Origin: Phoronis australis
Taxonomy: Eukaryota > Animalia > Phoronida
Direction of reading: 5' to 3'
DNA: 64,000 nt
Assembly: GCA_002633005.1 (NCBI GenBank)
Contig: NMRA01000175.1
Coordinates: forward strand, 661,597-725,596
The notes under the pieces are model-generated. The model did not search any database. It saw only the letters and a list, made by a program, of their open reading frames with translations, and was not told where the DNA came from. Shown here in pieces: positions 60,901 to 64,000 of this stretch. Numbering within the stretch: the first letter of the stretch is position 1; the number at the start of each line of letters is the position of its first letter. The position numbers were made by a program, and so were the translations under genes.

Positions 60901-61637
60901 AGGGGACTTTCAGCATACGATACATAAATATCATACGCTTCATTAGGATTCAATGCGCAAGCAGGAATAGATTGCACGAGTTGGCCTGAACATGCTGACT
61001 GAGTCACTGAACAGTTTGTTGATCCATTATTTGAGAAGTACGTTAGCTCTAAGGTTTTGCCATGCCCTTCTGCGAGAATTCTCTCTGCCATATTCTTGTC
61101 ACATGCATCTGGGTCCGCAACACGTATCACAGGGATGTTATTATGTATTGCCACAATGTTCCCGCTGAATTCCACATAGGAAAGCAGTTCAGAAACACAT
61201 TCCAGTTTATCCGCTGACCACATTTCGCCATTCTGCGATTGAATATCTGCAAGATAGAATTCATTTGCGAGGGGTGACAGGGATGACAATTCTTTGGGAC
61301 ACTGGCGTATGCTTACACTAGGCACAACTTCGACGTTTCCATAGTCAACAAACTTTACTTCGACGCTGTCAGAATCTCCACCATTACTGACCTGACCCAG
61401 TTTCTCGGCCCTGTACCACTTCCCGTCTTCTTGGAATTTCGCTACATAATACCGGTCACTCTGCAGAGATTCAGGCGGAAGGATATCGCTTGACGATATA
61501 CACTCTGCTGCTTCGAGCATGCGAGTTTCCAATTCGTGAGACTTTTCAAAATCTGTGTGACCATGCAACAGAATTAGTTTTCCAGAAGTTCCAACCAATG
61601 TCACGAAAAGGTCTACTTTTTCGCCTATTCCAAACAT
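27938..61637 (-). CDS. Giant multi-Tudor-domain protein (maternal Tudor / TDRD6 / TDRD15-like), about 3520 aa, 15 extended Tudor domains
   Basis: 26 coding exons on the minus strand, all GT-AG with matching phases: 61637-59508, 59011-58883, 57406-57206, 56725-56613, 55412-54506, 54266-54042, 53458-51304, 50667-50499, 50386-50163, 49479-49257, 45401-44115, 43605-43341, 40368-39830, 39118-38955, 38560-38460, 36169-36007, 35568-35371, 35002-34814, 33675-33406, 33071-32963, 32734-32536, 31985-31841, 30787-30687, 30111-29952, 28788-28612, 27957-27938 (TGA); sum 10563 nt. Repeated module: V.V.....P..FW.QL ... C.A.F.EDG.WYRA.V ... V.FVDYGN.E ... P.QA..C.L. The exact orthologue cannot be assigned without a phylogeny. 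Confidence 0.92.
29293..29861. mobile_element. PIF/Harbinger (Tourist-like) MITE
   Basis: About 42-bp TIRs gggctgttccagtaaaatctgtatgggaggggagggaaggca / tgccttcccccccctcccacacagattttgctggaacagccc, with 3-bp TSD TCA (29290-29292 and 29862-29864). No coding capacity. Confidence 0.88.
30840..31140 (+). mobile_element. 3' remnant of a Penelope-like retroelement (GIY-YIG C-terminus plus decayed hammerhead region)
   Basis: Translates TGHDFNTDVTILDCEEDWFKRGVKEALH, then after a frameshift PSLNRRGGSRFDFSHV*DGVL, the characteristic end of the Penelope GIY-YIG endonuclease. Followed by ctgaa-gtccgc-gacaa-gcggac-gcaac. Confidence 0.8.
31369..31451. repeat. 14-bp minisatellite (gtccttgccagggc) x6
   Basis: Directly visible tandem array with two point variants. 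Confidence 0.95.
32248..32500. mobile_element. hAT-like MITE with 6-bp TSD (older copy)
   Basis: Ends tagggattggaatgaccaatgacaaaaaag ... aattccaagcccca, with TSD aaagac at 32242-32247 and 32501-32506. Confidence 0.75.
33767..34377. mobile_element. Degenerate about 610-bp foldback element with long inverted arms
   Basis: Successive blocks pair in inverted order: aaaatccttgatgattacagaat with attctgctatcatcaaagatttt; aaagcaatgtccagatgttcat with atgaacaaatgagcattgcttt; tttccacaa with ttgtggaaa. The right end finishes in ctttaa. Confidence 0.65.
34720..34812. repeat. 43-bp tandem duplication abutting a Tudor splice donor
   Basis: tgacctattttggctatacaaggttatcactggctaacagat(a/g) x2 plus tgaccta. 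Confidence 0.9.
36919..38357 (+). mobile_element. Helentron-associated (HINE/DINE-1-like) element with internal tandem array
   Basis: Starts aacaagagcaacgcggagcattgaaatgcgcccac and ends in hairpin atgcacccacata-taaa-tatgtgggcacat plus an A-run. The subterminal inverted repeat atgcgcccac pairs with the 3' hairpin arm. Internal about 145-bp subunits each carry a CCACTAGGTGGCGC-type motif. Confidence 0.8.
40789..42588 (+). mobile_element. Helentron-associated (HINE/DINE-1-like) element, complete copy
   Basis: Same 5' head (aaacaagagcagtgcggagcattgaaatgcgccc), cggacggacgccggacagacggacgg microsatellite and terminal hairpin atgcgtccacata-taaa-tatgtgggcgcat; inserted in an A-run. Confidence 0.85.
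43622..43700. repeat. 40-bp tandem duplication just upstream of a Tudor splice acceptor
   Basis: atgtagtcagcaatttacaaaaaa(tc/a)tcaactgt(t/c)gtctt x2. Confidence 0.85.
44115..45401 (-). CDS. Tudor gene internal exon (domains 10-11)
   Basis: FSGDGEWYRAQV..AFVDYGN and AKFSEDGSWYRAQV..FYVDYGN. Confidence 0.92.
45710..49074 (+). mobile_element. Composite of two nested HINE/DINE-like elements
   Basis: Outer head aacaagagcaacgcggagc at 45710. Second head (gaaatgcgctcacgaatgcattg) at about 46177, with a complete terminal hairpin ending at 47842. The outer array then resumes and ends with a collapsed tail (gagatgacggca-cgcataataaaa) at about 49074. Confidence 0.8.
49658..50154. mobile_element. hAT-like MITE with 6-bp TSD
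   Basis: Perfect 13-bp TIR cagggcttggaat / attccaagccctg, TSD atcatt (49652-49657 and 50155-50160), and subterminal gcggaaa repeats. Confidence 0.88.
51304..53458 (-). CDS. Tudor gene large internal exon (domains 6-9 region plus RG/S-rich linker)
   Basis: Runs from cag|GTTGATGTC to AAAG|gtatgg and contains three FVDYGN motifs. Confidence 0.92.
56182..56304. repeat. Inverted copy of the dispersed repeat at 26210-26329
   Basis: Reverse-complement identity over about 50 bp, similarity over about 120 bp. Confidence 0.85.
57982..58158. mobile_element. Short foldback element with about 75-bp inverted arms (family of 18051-18345)
   Basis: aacattcaagtctggtcaacatgccacctgtggtcaaaacacacgacctaatgaacataggtttgaaaagattt pairs with aaatcttttcagacttatgtccattaggtcacgtgatgtggccacaggtggcgtgctgagcagactaagaaatgtt around an about 25-nt GC-rich loop. 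Confidence 0.8.
59508..61637 (-). CDS. Tudor gene first coding exon (Tudor domains 1-3)
   Basis: 710 codons from ATG to CPME|gtaagt, containing VKFVDYGN, VRFVDYGN and FLVDFGH. Confidence 0.9.
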
Positions 61638-63384
61638 TGCAAGGGTCTGTCACGTTTTCCAAGAGTTGAGCTTAAATCAGTAGATTTAACTGTTATCTGT
61701 GGTCAGTTTTTGAGAAAACAAGTAAGCCTATTATCACAGAGCATTACTTTTCTGCACCGGCGTCACACGACCTGCCCCAACCAGTGGCCATGTTGGAAAC
61801 ATGTGTAAATAAATATCCCATCATGCACCAGAATATTTCCCGCCAGACATGGTAAAGTGGGTTATAAGTTCTGCCATAGAGAAACAAAAACTCCGAAAAA
61901 GTAGAAAACGAGACAAAAGTTCACTATAAAAGCAGGAACTACCAAAATTCGGCGAACGCACAGTTCCTAGCTGTGAAGTACCCCGTGAATCTTAATAAAT
62001 GTCCACATTCTCAAAAACTCGAGCCCCCCATTATTAGGCTTGCAGTGGTGCGCACATGGCTGATCACAAGCAGATTTACAGATGTAACGAAAATTGAAAG
62101 AGCTCTTAAAAAAGAAAAAGACCAAGCTAATGATGGAAGTAATGTTGAGCCCACTAGAAAATTAAGGAGATTGTCACTGTCAGCTACATGTACATTAAAC
62201 AGTGCTCAAAGAAATATACCGCTATATGTCTTGCCACCACAATGAACCAGTTGCCACAAAAATTTCATCACAGGGGAACTTCACAAACAAAAGAAAAGTT
62301 GAAAACCTATCCCAGTTCCAAACATTCAATTGTAAATAGGCCTACCTATTCTTAATTTGGAAGGGTGTCATTTATGCTAAATAATCTTTAGTTTAGATCA
62401 CAGACCAAAAATTATTTTGCTTGATAAATTTGTAGTAATAGTCGTCTCAATCTCAAATGTACTGGAAGTAGTTTTTACCTACATGTAAGTGATCAGCACT
62501 GCTTTTTATGGACTTCTAAGCCTATCTTGAGACCCTTTTATGTAAAATCATGAGCAGTGTTTGGAATTTGAGAAATGTAAAAATAGAAATATTGCCTGTG
62601 TTCTGTAATTCATTTATCTTGAAAGTTCAATTCTGCGCAGATTTCAGTATCTCACATTTTGGAAATTCTTGGAGTTTTTATCGAAGGAAAATTTTTACTT
62701 TTCCAATTATGTGCTATTTAAAACAGGAAGGGTCAAATGAAATTTTAGCTCTACGGTAAAGAAGACGCTTTTCAACTTGATTTCAAACAAAAACTATTCC
62801 CAACATGACAATTCCTCTATTTTCAAAGGCTGAACTACTGTATTAAGGATGATAAAAATGTTTCTATGTTTTAAATTGTTTGAAGGCAGCTGCACAGTGC
62901 AATCAATGCTAGTAATGATGCCCATTTCTCGTAGGTGGGCTTACGGTAGTTAGAAATTCAGCTGCCGTGTACAGGAATTGAGAGCGTACGTAGGTTTTAT
63001 ATGATTACTCCTAAGGATTGTTGTTTATGGAACAAAACCCAATAAAAAGGTAAATTTTTCATAGAAAACCACCAGTTGCGGGGATTTTCATGTAGTTGTT
63101 TTTGCCTCGACGTGAGTAGGCCTACCTCAGCCTTTCAGTCAGGAAGACAGCCCAGTTCGATTCCCAGCTCTGCCTCTGTAGCGTTTCTAGCTAGCAAGTT
63201 CACCTTGCACCGGCGTGATGTCGGAATGAGCTGGTGAAACACCATGTCTGCCAGAATCTGCGATCGTTTCGTCTTTTTCCCGTCAGAACTAATACGAGGT
63301 TTAAGGTCAATATTCATTTTATAGGTCCAGTTAGGGGAATGTAATTCACTTTATCATTGAACATCATGGTTTAAGTTAAGGGTT

Positions 63385-63790
63385 CAGGGGCGGATCTACG
63401 TTTTCAGTAAGGGGGGGTTTAGGATTCCCGCAAAGGTCGAATCCGAGGCACGTGGCGCCGAGAGGGGGGAGGTCGGGAGGGGGGAAACCCCCCTCCGTGT
63501 AAGACCATTTTTTTGTTTTTGTAGCCAAATAGTGAAATTTCCATGCATCCTGGTAAGTTTCTGGCACTAATAACATGTCTCTTGAGTTTTTCTTAAGATA
63601 ATTTAAAACCCTTCTCGATTTCGTCGCATGAACGTGGCTCACAAGTTTCGTGAAATCATATTTGTGCACATCTGGGTATGAATTACGCCACCAGCAAAAA
63701 TTTTTGTTGGAACATCTGCTTATACACACCTTTTTAGCATACGAAAAGTCGTATATGAAAAAGTGTGGTGTGTGTGGGGGGTTAGACAAC
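63385..63790. mobile_element. Truncated hAT-type non-autonomous element
   Basis: Begins caggggcggatc, a common hAT-type terminus, followed by G-run blocks. No matching right TIR was found. Confidence 0.45.
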
Positions 63791-64000
63791 TACCAAATAT
63801 TCAAGAGCATAAGGAGCACCCGACGGGGAGTAAAACATTGAATAACAGATGATCGCGTAACAGCAGCCTCAAGTTGTTTAAGAACGAAGACCTGTACTGT
63901 TAGTCTGGAAATAAACATGTGTTCTGTCTAATTATGAGAAAAACTGGCAAACGATGGTGCTCTCAGCTCATAGTATATTATTAAAAGCGACAATAAACAA

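Overview
AT-rich, intron-rich animal (invertebrate-type) genomic DNA. Four spliced genes could be reconstructed by hand with GT-AG introns and consistent reading phases. (1) FARSA, cytosolic Phe-tRNA synthetase alpha subunit (+, 934-10516; exon 1 lies upstream of the window). (2) A YIPF1/YIPF2-type Yip1-domain gene (-, 12305-21739). (3) TIMM29 (+, 21994-23476), head-to-head with the YIPF gene as in the human YIPF2-TIMM29 pair. (4) A very large multi-Tudor gene (-, 27938-61637; 26 coding exons, about 3520 aa, 15 extended Tudor domains), probably a germ-granule/piRNA scaffold. The introns hold many non-autonomous mobile elements. These include Helentron/DINE-1-like elements whose internal arrays carry about 40 co-oriented CTCF-consensus-like motifs, one nested inside another. 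There are also a PIF/Harbinger MITE seen as both an empty and a filled site, hAT-like MITEs with 6-bp TSDs, a foldback family enclosing a tRNA-like sequence, and a Penelope remnant with a decayed hammerhead ribozyme. A 1.1-kb duplication containing a FARSA exon straddles the single N at 4638 and is most likely two haplotypes joined by the assembly. Coordinates were read by eye; no database searches were run.
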